A DNA stretch of 64,000 bases from assembly GCA_040954595.2 (NCBI GenBank), contig CM082596.2, forward strand, positions 9,816,461 to 9,880,460, in the 5' to 3' direction. The stretch comes from Balanoglossus misakiensis (lineage: Eukaryota > Animalia > Hemichordata). The notes under the pieces were generated by a model. That model saw nothing but the letters and a program-made list of their open reading frames with translations. It had not been told where the DNA came from and did no database searches. Below are positions 38,211-51,290 of the stretch, piece after piece. The first letter of the stretch is position 1. Every line of letters begins with the position of its first letter. A program made the translations under genes and the position numbers.

Positions 38211-38647
38211 CTCTCGAAAGAGGGCGGTGTGTTGGTAGGGGGACTGTCCAGAGAGGACCATGCATCGATATCGGTCCAGAGAGGGACATGCATCGATATC
38301 GGTACGGAGAATTGGCAAGCAAGCACTCGGTGTATTCAATGGTAGGAGTGATCGTCGGTTTCAGAGCTGCATGCTGCATCGTATCATCAGACTGAGTGCA
38401 TGAGTCTTGGTAATTAGTTGACATTTCAACTTCGTAATATTTATAATTACTAGTTATACGTACTGGGACAAATTACCGAAGTCTTGGCCTGAGATTACTT
38501 TCCAAGTTGGCAAGAAAACTGACTCAGTGGTAAAGTTACTAAACAATTGGTTTCAATATTATACTTTATTCATTATCATTATACGATAATTCCTTTTATC
38601 TAATGCGACAATTAACATTCCTCCTCTATCGAACAGATAACGTCACC

Positions 38648-40554
38648 ATGGAAAGAGATGATATAATCCGTATCTATTTCAACATGGGCTTCAACTACAG
38701 TGAAATCCTGGCTACTTTAGCTGTCAATCATAACGTTGTCATTAGTATGCGTCATCTTAAAAGATTACTGAAGAAACTCGGACTTTTCAGACGGAAGTAC
38801 CATTCAGACATCAATGAGGTAATAACATTTCTGAGAGAAGAGGTTGACAAATCTGGAAGACTCCACGGCTATCGGTGGATGCATTTAAAGTGTGTCCAGA
38901 GAGGATTGGTTATCGACAGGGAGAGTGTGCGGTTGTTACTCCAGATCATTGACCCCATAGGTGTGGAATTAAGAAAGAGACGTCGTCTACGCCGTCGCCA
39001 GTATGGGTCTCCTGGGCCGAACTATATGTGGCACCTAGATTCGTATGACAAACTTTCCCCTTACGGAATAGCAATCAATGGGTGTATAGACGGGTTTTCC
39101 AGGCGTGTAATTTGGGCTCAAGCTTATCACACCAACAGTGATCCGAAGATTATAGCAGGGTACTTCATCAAAGAAGTTGAAAGTCTGAAATCTTGCCCCC
39201 AAAACATGCGAGCGGATAGAGGCACAGAAAATGGACATGTTGAACAGTTCCAGAAGTTTCTAACAAATGATGACAACTGCTTTTATTATGGCAGCAGTCA
39301 ACTCAACCAACGCATAGAACGATGGTGGGGTACATTTCGCCAACACTGTGGACAGTTTTGGTTGGATCTTTTCTACAAACTAAAGGATGATGGAGTCTTC
39401 AGTGGTGATTATCTTGATAAAGATCTGGTCAGATTTTGCTTCCTGAAAATGATACAGGTAAGAAGAAGAATTTGGGACTTAAAAAATAATTGTCTTTCCT
39501 CAATCTGTTACACTATCACTTATACTGTATATACTTTAAATACTTATACAGAAAATATTGCTAGGATTGATATTATATAGTGAAAACGTACAATACAATA
39601 AAATATAAGAAGTCCCATGTATAAACTGACTAACAATAACCCTACGCTCTTCCAAATGGGAGGAGTATAAAAAAGAACGTTTTTATGTATTAAAAAGAAA
39701 GGACTGCTCACATATTTTGGTTTAAACCTTCAAATACAAAGTAAAAAAGGCTTAAAATGTGCTGTACATGTGTTGATATGTATCATGATGAACAAAAATC
39801 ACAACCTGCAATGCATTGTGTGTGTGATTTAAGACTGTCCTTGTCTACTTATTCCAATTGTCCATTTTATGCACCTCTATCCTGCATGCATATGTTGGAC
39901 AACATTTTAGACTTTCCACTCCTTCGACAAATACCTTACTATTAATCTCGGATCGAATACTGTTGGTGTGATAAGCCTCATCATAAATTACACGCCAGCT
40001 GGTAAACCCGTCTATACACCAATTGATAATCTAATATATGTACATTGTTATAATTATAATATTTGTAATTTTATTCCGTTTGTTTGGTTATATTTCACTA
40101 CAATAAATTAATTTTAGGTGTACCTTCCCGTCTGAAGAGTTCATGTAGATGAGGTGTCACCATGTATGTATCTTTTAGATATCCTATAGTACCTAGGGAC
40201 TATGTTTAACTGATGCATGTATTAAACTGCTAACATTGAACTTCCTCATACATTTTGTGCCTGTCATTTTATAATTCAGGATGAACTGGATGATGCTGAC
40301 CTCACATGATGTTCTTTGTCCCGGAGATGTATGGAAGTCATGATTTCGGATCAACTGTTTCTCAGGAACAGATTAACACATGCCGAGAGGAATGTGTGTT
40401 CAAAGGAGCGTGCCCCTGTGATGAAGATTTATTCGAGTACTGTGTCTCATACATGGTCGACAACAATATGCATTTACCTTCTGACCCATATTCTGCTGTG
40501 GAATTGTACGTGAATCTCCGAAATTCTATAAAATATGAATCCTTATCTGACTAG
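38648..40554 (+). pseudogene. IS3EU-type DDE transposase (two coding exons; exon 2 frameshifted by an apparent deletion)
   Basis: Exon 38648-39457: WHLDSYDKL, GCIDGFSR, RADRGTEN, NQRIERWW, donor CAG|gtaaga. Exon from 40280 reads DELDDADLT*, while the expected tail PHMMFFVPEMY continues in another frame. Confidence 0.85.
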
Positions 40555-41078
40555 CAAGACCTTACTGTAAAAGGAAATTATTATACATCACCCAAACAAC
40601 AACAACAATGTCACTTCCATGCAAGGAACTGGATGAATTAAAGCAAGATATTTGTCAACACAACAAAGTTTTATTAACTTTCAGAACATAATGACAATAT
40701 TGTTCATCTTCAACACTGAAGTAATATGAAACTATGGCACAGACTTTGTGTTAATGTTAGATCTAATTCTGTAAAGTATAATACTGTCACCGCAAATAAA
40801 AGCTGAAATACAACAACTTTGTGGCTCAACTGTTTGCACCTTAAAACCACATGATGCCCAGGCTTGGTTGTAGATGTAAATATGTAAACAAACAAACAAA
40901 CATGTTAATAAAGAAACTAAGTATACAGACGATAAGTGACAAGTAAAGCACTGATCTTCTTTGGTAGAGTGGAACAGAGACTACTCCTAGTTGTTTGTTT
41001 ACATTATATCTACACCAATAACCAAGCCTGGTCATCCTGTGCTTTAACCATTATGTCACACACTGTGTCCCATAGTAA

Positions 41079-41285
41079 CTGAATAAGTAACTGAATAACT
41101 CCCCACAACAGGCTGAATAAGTAACTGAATAACTCCCCACAACAGGCTGAATAAGTAACTGAATAACTCCCCACAACAGGCTGAATAAGTAACTGAATAA
41201 CTCCCCACAACAGGCTGAATAAGTAACTGAATAACTCCCCACAACAGGCTGAATAAGTAACTGAATAACTCCCCACAACAGGCTG
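41079..41285. repeat. 34-bp minisatellite, about 6 copies
   Basis: ctgaataagtaactgaataactccccacaacagg repeated. Confidence 0.95.
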
Positions 41286-41673
41286 CAATAACACATCAAG
41301 TATTTAGCTTCTCCATATATTAGATAATATGTGTAAACTTTTAACGTAATCAATGATAAAACAATTTGTAGGAAATATGACAGTAAATGGCAACTGTATG
41401 AACATTTAAAGAAAACACTGAAAATAGTGCAAAGTTACAGGCGCATCCCTTAATGAATCCACATAAATTCACCTCTTCCATGCAGCAAAGAGGTGACTTC
41501 TGACACGTCAGGTTCATCATTGACATAATCATTACTTTGCATACCAAGTGACTTTACACAAGTATTCCCTGTATTCTTTCTATCAATGTAAGCCAAACAC
41601 AACAATATTGTCCCTTTAATTTATGTAATAACTCACCATTGCTGTTCTACCAATGGAAACAATATCAATGGTC

Positions 41674-44179
41674 TCAAATAATATCCATGTCCCAAAAACC
41701 ACTGTTCAAAACTGCATTGTACTCACTTCTGAATTCTACGAAGTTGGCATATGACAATGGCAGTTCAAGCACATTGCCACATGTGTGAGCAACTGGACGA
41801 CGTTGTAAACCATCAAGTTTAACAAATGACACTTGAATCGGCTCTGCTGTCATTATGTCACAACCAGTGCAATATCTCAGGAACTTCTTTAGAGTACTTT
41901 GTTCAAGTTCACGGATGTATCGTTTTAAGTGATTAGCAACAGCCCTCTCATCATTATTCAAGCATTCGGCGATTTGAAGATGTTGTAGGACTTTCTTTGT
42001 TGTTGGTTTCTTGTCATTATACAGTCTATCCAAGTTCTCTTTGCCAATTTGTTTGCCTAATGGCTGTAAGATTGGTCGCCAACTATCAATGACAAACATT
42101 GGCTCTTGTACTATCTCTTTATGCGCTATTTCGTGCAGAATGGATCCAATGTTTTCTTTGGTTGGCAGTCTTTTACAGTCATGTCGGTCTAACACTTCAA
42201 TTAACTCATCTTCTTCTACTTCTTGGAAGTTCCTCATTGCAGCTTCAAATACTTCACGTTCCGATTCAGACAGGAAGTGATAATACACTTGAAGTAGACT
42301 TGCCTCTTCACACTTCTGGTCTCCAAACATTACTTCTTCCATGAATGGCTTTGCAAACTCAATAGGGAAGTAATCCATTTCCTTCCAACCCTTCATGATT
42401 ATTCTTGCTACAGCTTCCCATTTTTCTCTTGGGTAATCATGCCTAATGAATGGCACCCGGCAATTCTTTCCAACTGTGCAACATTCATAGAACTCGGACC
42501 AAAAACTTGTAAAACAGTCTCTCACAACTCCACTACCATTACCACGCTCAACATTACCTCCTGGCATAACCATGGCCACATTGATAGGACATGCCATAAT
42601 CTTTGGATCTGAGAATTCTGAAATCATGTCATTCAAAACATCACTCCTGTGTATTACAAGTGTTCTAGTCTCCACTGGGTCTTGATCTTCACTGATATGA
42701 CTGGTAGTGTCTTGGGGCTGGGATTGGCTAACAGGTTCATCATTTTCAAAGAACGGCAATGTAGAATCAAGGCTTTCTGCTGAGTTACTATTGGAACCCC
42801 GTGATCCAAACTGAACAATGTTTGAATTATTATCACTAATCACCAGTGGTTCTGCATCAGAATCGACTGTCTCTAATGTGACTTCAGAACCTACGTCAGG
42901 GATGGGTTCAGACTGGAATCTGCTACAACTGGGCATACCATGATCATGGTGAACTGTATCTAGGATATGCTTATTGTGGTTTCCTGCACTTGGTACACCT
43001 GCATCATTGCTCTCATCAGACAACATATCAATAGATTCCTGTGGAAGAGCTTGTGACTGTCCCTTGCTTGCTTGTATCGTCTTTGCCGGTGGAACTGGCA
43101 CATGCCTATCAAGTCCTGGATCAGGTAGATCAGCATCACTGCTGTCATCTGACAATGACACTGATTCTAATTGTGACTGCTTACTTGTTTGTCTGCTTTT
43201 CTTTTTAGGTTTCACTACCTGTTCACAGTCTTTTCTCTTTGTCATAATGTAGAAGCGGAGCATTCTAAATCCAGTTACTTCATACAATTCGCCAACGGTG
43301 CTTGTTTCATCAATTGTTCTTTCTCCTGAATCTCTTATGTCAACGTGATAACTGTCCATGTCTCCTCGCTGTGATACGCCGTTGGGGAAAAACAAATCTT
43401 TTCCTGTAGTCAGGAGATCAGCTTTCGTGCTCGACTTACTTACTGATATACACCTTGTTCCACCACCTTTTCTGGCTCGAACTTGCTTGTATTCTTTTTC
43501 AATGAAATCAAAATCAAGCCATCCTATTTCAATTTTCCGCTTTATTTTTGCTGCATGTGTATTACCAAATGGTCTTGGTCTAGTTGAGGCTTGTCCACGA
43601 TTACCTTTACTTGATTCTCCCTTGTCATCTGATACACTATTCTGCTTTCCATTTCGAAGGCTAAATTTTTGTCTTATTTTTTTCAGTAGTTCTGACTTCC
43701 TGCTCTCTCTGTCTGGAACAGTACAAAATAATCTGCGAGAGAAGTCCACAGCAGCAACTCTGTCCCCATAAGATGTCAAATACTTAGATAACATCTCATC
43801 ATCCATTAAGAGGATCACCGATGGATCAATCTGAAAATCAATTTAAAGCACATGGAATCTTAGTGCATGCATATGGGCAGAGGGTGCGGGGGGTCTCGCT
43901 AAATACATACATACATGCATACATACATACATACATACATACATACATACATACATACATACATACATACGGGTACATACAAACAAACAAACAAACAAAC
44001 AAAGATGGAAAGACTGTCAATGAATATTTTTCCACCTACTAGCCTTAAAGCTCATTTAGCCATATTTACATATATGCAACAAGAACTAATAAAAAATTTA
44101 CCTTTTCCTGTTCAAGTCTGTCAATTTCCTCTTCAGGCACTCTGCGTCGTCTAAGAAATTCATATAGTTTTTCTGCCAT
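41674..44179 (-). CDS. HECT-domain E3 ubiquitin ligase-like protein with N-terminal SAM-like segment (about 744 aa, 2 coding exons)
   Basis: Exon 44179-44102 (MAEKLYEFLRRRR..EQEK|gtaa) spliced in phase to 43830-41674 (IDPSVILLMDD..YGDR). C-terminal GSGVVRD, FLRYCTG and PVAHTCGNVLELP (catalytic Cys). No stops. Confidence 0.88.
43903..44002. repeat. (TACA)n / (CAAA)n microsatellite
   Basis: Directly visible, intronic. Confidence 0.95.
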
Positions 44180-44441
44180 TTTGTCTGATCTGTTTGCTTA
44201 AGTAATATTTTTCTGTAAGGAAAATCAACAACAGTTAAATCAAAACTGATGTACCTAAAGACAAGCATGAAATAATGCATCAACTTGATTTTTATGAACA
44301 GTTTGGGAAATTTGAGAATATTATCTCAGAAGGAAAAACTATCTACTTTCTCACCTTGAATAAAGTTGATATTTCACCAAAAATTACAGTGAAGCAAGAA
44401 TTTTGTTCAGAATTTTTGATGAGGAAACTTCTCAATTGTCA

Positions 44442-44584
44442 ACATACATACATACATACATACATACATACATACATACATACATACATACATGCATAAA
44501 TACATACATACATACATACATACATACATACATACATACATACATACATACATACATACATACATACATACATACATACATACA
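44442..44584. repeat. (TACA)n microsatellite
   Basis: Directly visible. Confidence 0.95.
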
Positions 44585-44681
44585 ATTTAAAATAATTTAG
44601 GGAGTGATTAAGACTTCAACTTGGACTCTATTGAAAATAATATAACTCTTTGTAATAAATGCCATCGGTGCTTAAATCTTC

Positions 44682-44998
44682 ATTATATTATACCAGTATA
44701 TTGATGGTGTAAATCACGCTATTTGATTGGTCGAGACACGACACGTGACCGTGATATATTAGCCATATACCACAGTCATATATCATAGTCAAAGAAAATG
44801 CCTTTTTAAAATGTTTAATGCAAAGTTTCAATATACTGGCATAATATAATAGCAATAAAACACCCCAGTCATGGTATACCACTCGATTTTGACCAGTTCA
44901 ACTCCATATACGCACTCGCTATCGCTCGTGCGTATATGTCGTGAACTGGTCAAAATCTCGTGGTATACCATGGCTGGGGGTGTTTTATTGCTTAAATA
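44682..44998. repeat. Bracketed module + long hairpin repeat
   Basis: agcaataaaacacccc...actcgctatcgctcgt...ggggtgttttattgct, a ~145-bp hairpin preceded by ttatatttaccagtat...atactggcataatataa. Confidence 0.7.
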
Positions 44999-45085
44999 TT
45001 AAATCAAGTCAATCAATGTGCACAAACATTACACACACACTCATTAATACATAGAGACAGACACAGACAGACACATACACACTCA

Positions 45086-45128
<43 letters not shown>

Positions 45129-45935
45129 CCTATTTTGCTTTAATTTTTTTGTTTGAAACTTTCATATCAACTGAAGAGTTGTTGACGTTTGACCTTGGAT
45201 GTACTGAGGTCACCATACACACTCACATTTGTCTGTGTCATAATCACAGACTGAAGCAAAGTAAAATAAATCACAGCAGCTGTACTGATGTTAACATTGC
45301 ATTGTTTAATATTCAAGATCAAGTTAAAGTGCATTTATTTATTGGAAGAATCCAGTTATGGCAACTTGATCCTAGGCGATGTAACTATCCGCCCCACACA
45401 CAAGTTGAATCATGTATGATATATGTTTCAAACAGCGCGGCATAAGGCCAGAGTTAGCCTCAAGTTGTGTTGGCATATATATATATATATATATATATAT
45501 TGATGGCATATGTTACATCATGAATCAAAAATCAAGCAAGTTAAGTTGAGTACGAGATACTGACAAGAACGTCTCAGTCAACCTATTGCATGCAGCACAT
45601 TGTCAACGTCGCGTCGATCGTGTTTGGCATGATCATGATGACGCTTGACGTGCAAGGCGACTCAATAGATTGCCACATCACAAACCAGTACAAATTGTGC
45701 ATCGTGTGGTCATGTTACGTGTACGACAAATCTACCGGTTATGAGAAGGAGGTAAAATCTCAACTTACCAACACTCAGTCAGTCTGATAAGATACGATGC
45801 AGCATGTAAGGCAGAATCCGACGAAAAGTCCTGGTACTAGGTCAAGCTAGTAAAAGAACGCCATATTCTCTGTACCGATACACCGCCCTCTCTGGACAGT
45901 CTCCATACCAATACACCCGCCCTCTTTAGACAAAT

Positions 45936-46380
45936 TTATCTCGAGATCTCGAGATAAAAAAATAAAAAGTCGGGAAAACGAATTGGAATTATCTCGAGAT
46001 CTCGAGATAAAAAAATAAGAAGTCGGGAAAACGAACTTGAATTATCTCGAGATCTCGAGATAAAAAAATAAAAAGTCGGGAAAACGAATTGGAATTATCT
46101 CGAGATCTCGAGATAAAAAAATAAAAAGTCGGGAAAACGAACTTGAATTATCTCGAGATCTCGAGATAAAAAAAATAAAAAGTCGGGAAAACGAATTGGA
46201 ATTATCTCGAGATCTCGAGATAAAAAAATAAAAAGTCAGGAAAACGAATAGCATTATCTCGAGATCTCGAGATAAAAAAATAAAAAGTCAGGAAAACGAA
46301 TGGAATTATCTCGAGATCTCGAGATAAAAAAATAAAAAGTCAGGAAAACGAATGGAATTATCTCGAGATCTCGAGATAAT
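45936..46380 (-). repeat. Right TIR array: about 9 x ~52-bp palindrome units
   Basis: Reverse complement of the 37612-38210 array. Confidence 0.95.
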
Positions 46381-48402
46381 TTTTTATTTATTGCGTATAT
46401 ACATGTCCCCAACTGGCTTTCATATAAAACCACTGCATCAGGTGAATCTCAATTTTTAAGAGCGATACTTCAAACATGCAGCACTGTTTACAAATCGGGG
46501 TCAAAGGTTATACCAGAATAACCATGTACAGTTGGTATTTTTCGGATGTACCTCTGGCCATGGCCTTGGTCTATAAATTGTTCTTGACAACATATATTTT
46601 TAAAGATTTTGGTTTACTGAATTACATCTATAGCTTATAGTGATGGCTGTTTACCTAATAATTATTTTAACAACGCCAACTTAGCTGGCGCTGGATCGAG
46701 GGTACAGGACTATCCTAGGTCAAGGGTCAATCGTGAATGTTTTGGTCGCGAATCAGCTGATCTTTTACAACAGCGTGTTACGCCCCTTTTTTAAATTTCT
46801 CATGAGTGGAGACGTCAGTGAAAGAACATATTTCGGATAATGGAGCATTCTTGGCAGTGTTTTCAAAGGGTTTCGCAACCTTTCTACATGGGACGCGGCG
46901 GCGCTTGGCAGAACTTTGCGAGGTGGTCGTCATCACAGGTCGCACCGTAGTTGAGAGAGAGACCCATGACACTGACAGAGCCGGGTGAGTGATTGAGATC
47001 CTGGATCAGTTGCCGTCACTCAGATCACTAGACATTCTCTCTCATTAGGGTGTAGCTACGGTGTTGCCACGGGACCTACGACGTTTTATCGTGACGTCGG
47101 TGTTGCCCCGACCGGCCAGGGAAGTATATCAGATATGATGAGTCCGGTGATGACTTGGCTTTACGGCAGTCGCTGTGCCTGTAGATAAAGGAAAGGAACA
47201 GTACAACGCGCCGCCAGTGTGATTAGCATCGCTTGGAGCAAGACTAGATGACAGACATCGCCAGGGTCGTTGGCAAGACCTTGGCGGGCAGAGATGTGTG
47301 ACACAGGTCCTCCTACAGGTAAGCCAGTCTTAATTCTTTTACATGCTTTTCAGAGTCAGCTTTTTGAGATGGTGAGATCTCTGTCTGGTGGTTTCTCTGT
47401 GTGACCTTTAGCTCTGCATACAGCCGGGAACACACAGACCTGTACGCAGAGCTATGTGACCTTCTGAGTCATATAATAATGTCACATTTAGTACTACATT
47501 ATCTCTATGGAAACACAGCTAGGGGGAGGGTGGAGGGGGGGGGGGGGGTTCTATGCTGGTTTCCCCCATCATAGACCTACCCGTGACCCCCACCACAAAA
47601 ATCTGTAGTGAAACAACAGCCAAACCAGTGCACTATATCACAGTCCCTCTATTACATACTGTGACTGTATAAGCTAAAAAATAAGACATTCACTTTTTGA
47701 AATAAACATTTCTCTGTTAATTATCTCTGAAAGCTTGATATAGGAGAACATTTCGGTTACTTCAATGTCACCATTGTTTTCACTACTATCACGTAACAAG
47801 CAATTTAAATTACCTTCGCAAAAACAGTATGCTCTATGTTTTTTTGTTAACGCTTTGAGATGTCTGGCTCAAATCTTCGTGAATGCAAGCTGTCATAACT
47901 TTTGTACAAAGTAGTGTCTCATTTTTTTTTAAAGCAACTAGCTTGATTTTTAAAATGAAAAAAACTTCTGATATACTAGGAATAGTAGGATTTATTCACT
48001 GCTCCAGAAGTTTTCTGAATTACAATGCACTTAACGGGACATTAGCTGTAACTTTTGGCTTTAATTGATGTACATATATTTTTGTTCTGAGTATCAATGG
48101 GAATTTCTTGTTCTACTCCAAACAGCATGCTAATATACCCATTTATACTTCACTTGTCAACATAGCCCGTGAATGTGTATTAAATGTTATCATTCACATT
48201 TTTTTACTACTGTTACGTAAATATGCAACATGTCTAAAAAATATGTTTTTATAGAATATATTTATTTATTTAGAGTAAAATGTTTTTGGTGACATTTAAA
48301 TATTTAGTGGATGGTATTTTATACATCAATTGTGGGTTTCAACATATTGTTGGGAGTAGCACAAGAATCTTAAGTGGCCACATAGAATTAATTTTCAACC
48401 TT

Positions 48403-48580
48403 CAGTAAAACCTGTCAAAACCAAACCCTGTCTAATCTGGAAACCTGTCTATACTGAACACCTTTTCAGTACCTTCGACATAGAATCACATGTTAAAAGA
48501 ACCTTTACAAACTGGAAATGTCTGTAAACTGAACAATTTCTTCAGTGCCTTCAGTGTTCGGTTCAGACAGGTTTTACTGT
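48403..48580. mobile_element. Tc1/mariner-pogo (Tigger-like) MITE
   Basis: cagtaaaacctgtc ... gacaggttttactg|ta. Related fragment near 16555. Confidence 0.7.
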
Positions 48581-48618
48581 ATTTAATTTCTCACACTGCT
48601 GGCCGCTGGGAGTGTGGG

Positions 48619-50364
48619 ATAGGATATCCCCGACGAGTGTGAGAAATACGATCTCAGGTCCTTGGGAGTGTGAGATTCTATTATTCTCACACTCTCACTG
48701 AATCGAAAGCTGTATATGACGCGAGCGCTGATTGGTTGACAAAGAGTTCTTTCTCTTCGCGCACTAAATGTTATCCAATGGCGTGATGTGTATTACAGGC
48801 ACAGAACTATAACGTGCCCCCAGACGACAGTTCCAGAGTCATTTATTCAATGTTTTAACGAATTTGGCTAATTTGTGACCGTGTGAGAAAAATAATCTCA
48901 CACACCAAGGACCTGGGATCGTATTTCTCACACTCGTCAGGGATATTTTGTCCCACACTCGCCTGCGGCTCGTGTGTGACAGAAAATCCCCAACTCGTGT
49001 GAGAAATACGATCCCAGGTCCTTGGGAGTGTGAGATTCTATTAATCCCAAATGTCATAGCAGCTGCCCCTTTAAAACAATTTCTTTAAAAAATGTGTTTC
49101 TAATAGATTTGGTCAGGTGGAAAAGTATGTCACATACTGTTTTCACTGAACACTGATGTGGTTGCAATTTTATTGACACAAATTGAATCACACTATGCAT
49201 CACATTAGACTTAGGGGTAAACCATTTTATATTTAGGAGAGTGCAGTTTAGTTTCTACTCTGCCTATTCTCTGATGTTTTTTCTTTACTATTTGGCAGAG
49301 GCAAAATGCAGACTTGTTATGGAAGTGTTCCTAAGTAACTATGCATAAATTATTTCTATTAATCTAAGCACATTATGTAAAATATAAATCAACCAGGTAG
49401 ACTCATGTCTCCCCCTACAGTAATGGTGACAATTCTTTTTATAGTACCCAACTTACTCAAGTAAACACACTTAATGTTAGCAAACAGTCCTATAGGATAT
49501 CCCCGACGAGTGTGAGAAATACGATCTCAGGTCCTTGGGAGTGTGAGATTCTATTATTCTCACACTCTCACTGAATCGAAAGCTGTATATGACGCGAGCG
49601 CTGATTGGTTGACAAAGAGTTCTTTCTCTTCGCGCACTAAATGTTATCCAATGGCGTGATGTGTATTACAGGCACAGAACTATAACGTGCCCCCAGACGA
49701 TAGTTCCAGAGTCATTTATTCAATGTTTTAACGAATTTGGCTAATTTGTGACCGTGTGAGAAAAATAATCTCACACACCAAGGACCTGGGATCGTATTTC
49801 TCACACTCGTCAGGGATATTTTGTCCCACACTCGCCTGCGGCTCGTGTGTGACAGAAAATCCCCAACTCGTGTGAGAAATACGATCCCAGGTCCTTGGGA
49901 GTGTGAGATTCTATTAATCCCAAATGTCATAGCAGCTGCCCCTTTAAAACAATTTCTTTAAAAAATGTGTTTCTAATAGATTTGGTCAGGTGGAAAAGTA
50001 TGTCACATACTGTTTTCACTGAACACTGATGTGGTTGCAATTTTATTGACACAAATTGAATCACACTATGCATCACATTAGACTTAGGGGTAAACCATTT
50101 TATATTTAGGAGAGTGCAGTTTAGTTTCTACTCTGCCTATTCTCTGATGTTTTTTCTTTACTATTTGGCAGAGGCAAAATGCAGACTTGTTATGGAAGTG
50201 TTCCTAAGTAACTATGCATAAATTATTTCTATTAATCTAAGCACATTATGTAAAATATAAATCAACCAGGTAGACTCATGTCTCCCCCTACAGTAATGGT
50301 GACAATTCTTTTTATAGTACCCAACTTACTCAAGTAAACACACTTAATGTTAGCAAACAGTCCT
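48619..50364 (+). repeat. 873-bp head-to-tail tandem duplication
   Basis: 48619-49491 matches 49492-50364 (one mismatch seen). Identical 72-aa ORFs 873 bp apart. Confidence 0.95.
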
Positions 50365-51028
50365 ATAGATATAGCCTGGTCCCCTGTCCCATTCCTGCTG
50401 CTGGTAGTGACAGCAGGGTTAGAAAGTGGGCAGAGAACAAGAGTATCTTACAGGCCTCTTTCATGACCCCTGTGTGACCTTACATCCTGGTGATTTGTTG
50501 GTTTGACATCATTCATCATTCAATGTTGAACAGCTAACCTTTTCTAACAGGCAATGTTCACCAGTTTTGTTCAAGGATGAGAAAAAATGCATTGATTCAA
50601 TAGCATGGTTGGTAAACTCGAAATTGTATACTCACACCGACAAAAAGCCAGGATGTAGAGGTCAAAAGGGGTCATAAAAGTGGCATGATATAGCACAGTT
50701 GCCAGTGGTGTAATGTTTATATGAACTGTGCAACTTCATTCATATTTCTTAGTGGCAGTAATGTTATTATAAATATAAACTGACATCTGAAATCACTTTG
50801 CGATGTCGAAATTCAGTGGGAAGAAACAAACGCCAAAAGTTACCACATTTTATACTGACACTTATTTGTTTTGTACAGTTTACCCTATGGATCCAGCTAT
50901 CATAGGAATAGGTGCAATAATTGTAGCTTTGGTGGGCTGGTTGATCGCTTATGGGCTTGATCAATCATCCCATCTAGGCTACAATTATTGCAGATATCAT
51001 AGGAAGGGCACATTGGGAACCCCCCCCC

Positions 51029-51059
<31 letters not shown>

Positions 51060-51117
51060 ATTTGGGCGACAACACAATATATATATGATGCAGTCTACAA
51101 GTTGCACCGAAATATCT

Positions 51118-51290
51118 TTAGGTCCCATTTGTATATACTGGTGGTACCTCATGAGATCGGTTGCGTCTGTATGGATGTATGTCCGTTCACATCAAAAACT
51201 TGAAAACCGCTGAGCATATAACCTCGATATTTGGTGTGCAGATGCAGGCAGGGCTGTAGATGGGAGTTTGTTCAAATGAAGTTGTTGGGA
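51118..51290 (-). repeat. Partial inverted copy of the HINE-like repeat at 53.8-54.26 kb
   Basis: Reverse complement matches gaacaaactcccatctacagccc...caccaaatatc...tttcaagtttttgatgtg. Confidence 0.75.

Larger units (their letters stand above)
37567..46424. mobile_element. IS3EU-type DNA transposon with long array-containing TIRs and two convergent genes
   Basis: Termini TATGAAAGCCAGTTGGGGACATGTA / TACATGTCCCCAACTGGCTTTCATA. 6-bp TSD TAAAAC at 37561-37566 and 46425-46430. IS3-like integrase-core gene plus a HECT gene inside. Confidence 0.9.

Noticed and set aside
38603-39580. Bacterial IS3 element or contamination
   Set aside because: The gene has spliceosomal introns and a HECT partner and sits among animal elements; the ORF-track ends are intron read-through.
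43821-44600. HTYI/VCMY repetitive ORFs (also the 41010-41353 ORFs)
   Set aside because: Translations of micro- and minisatellites.
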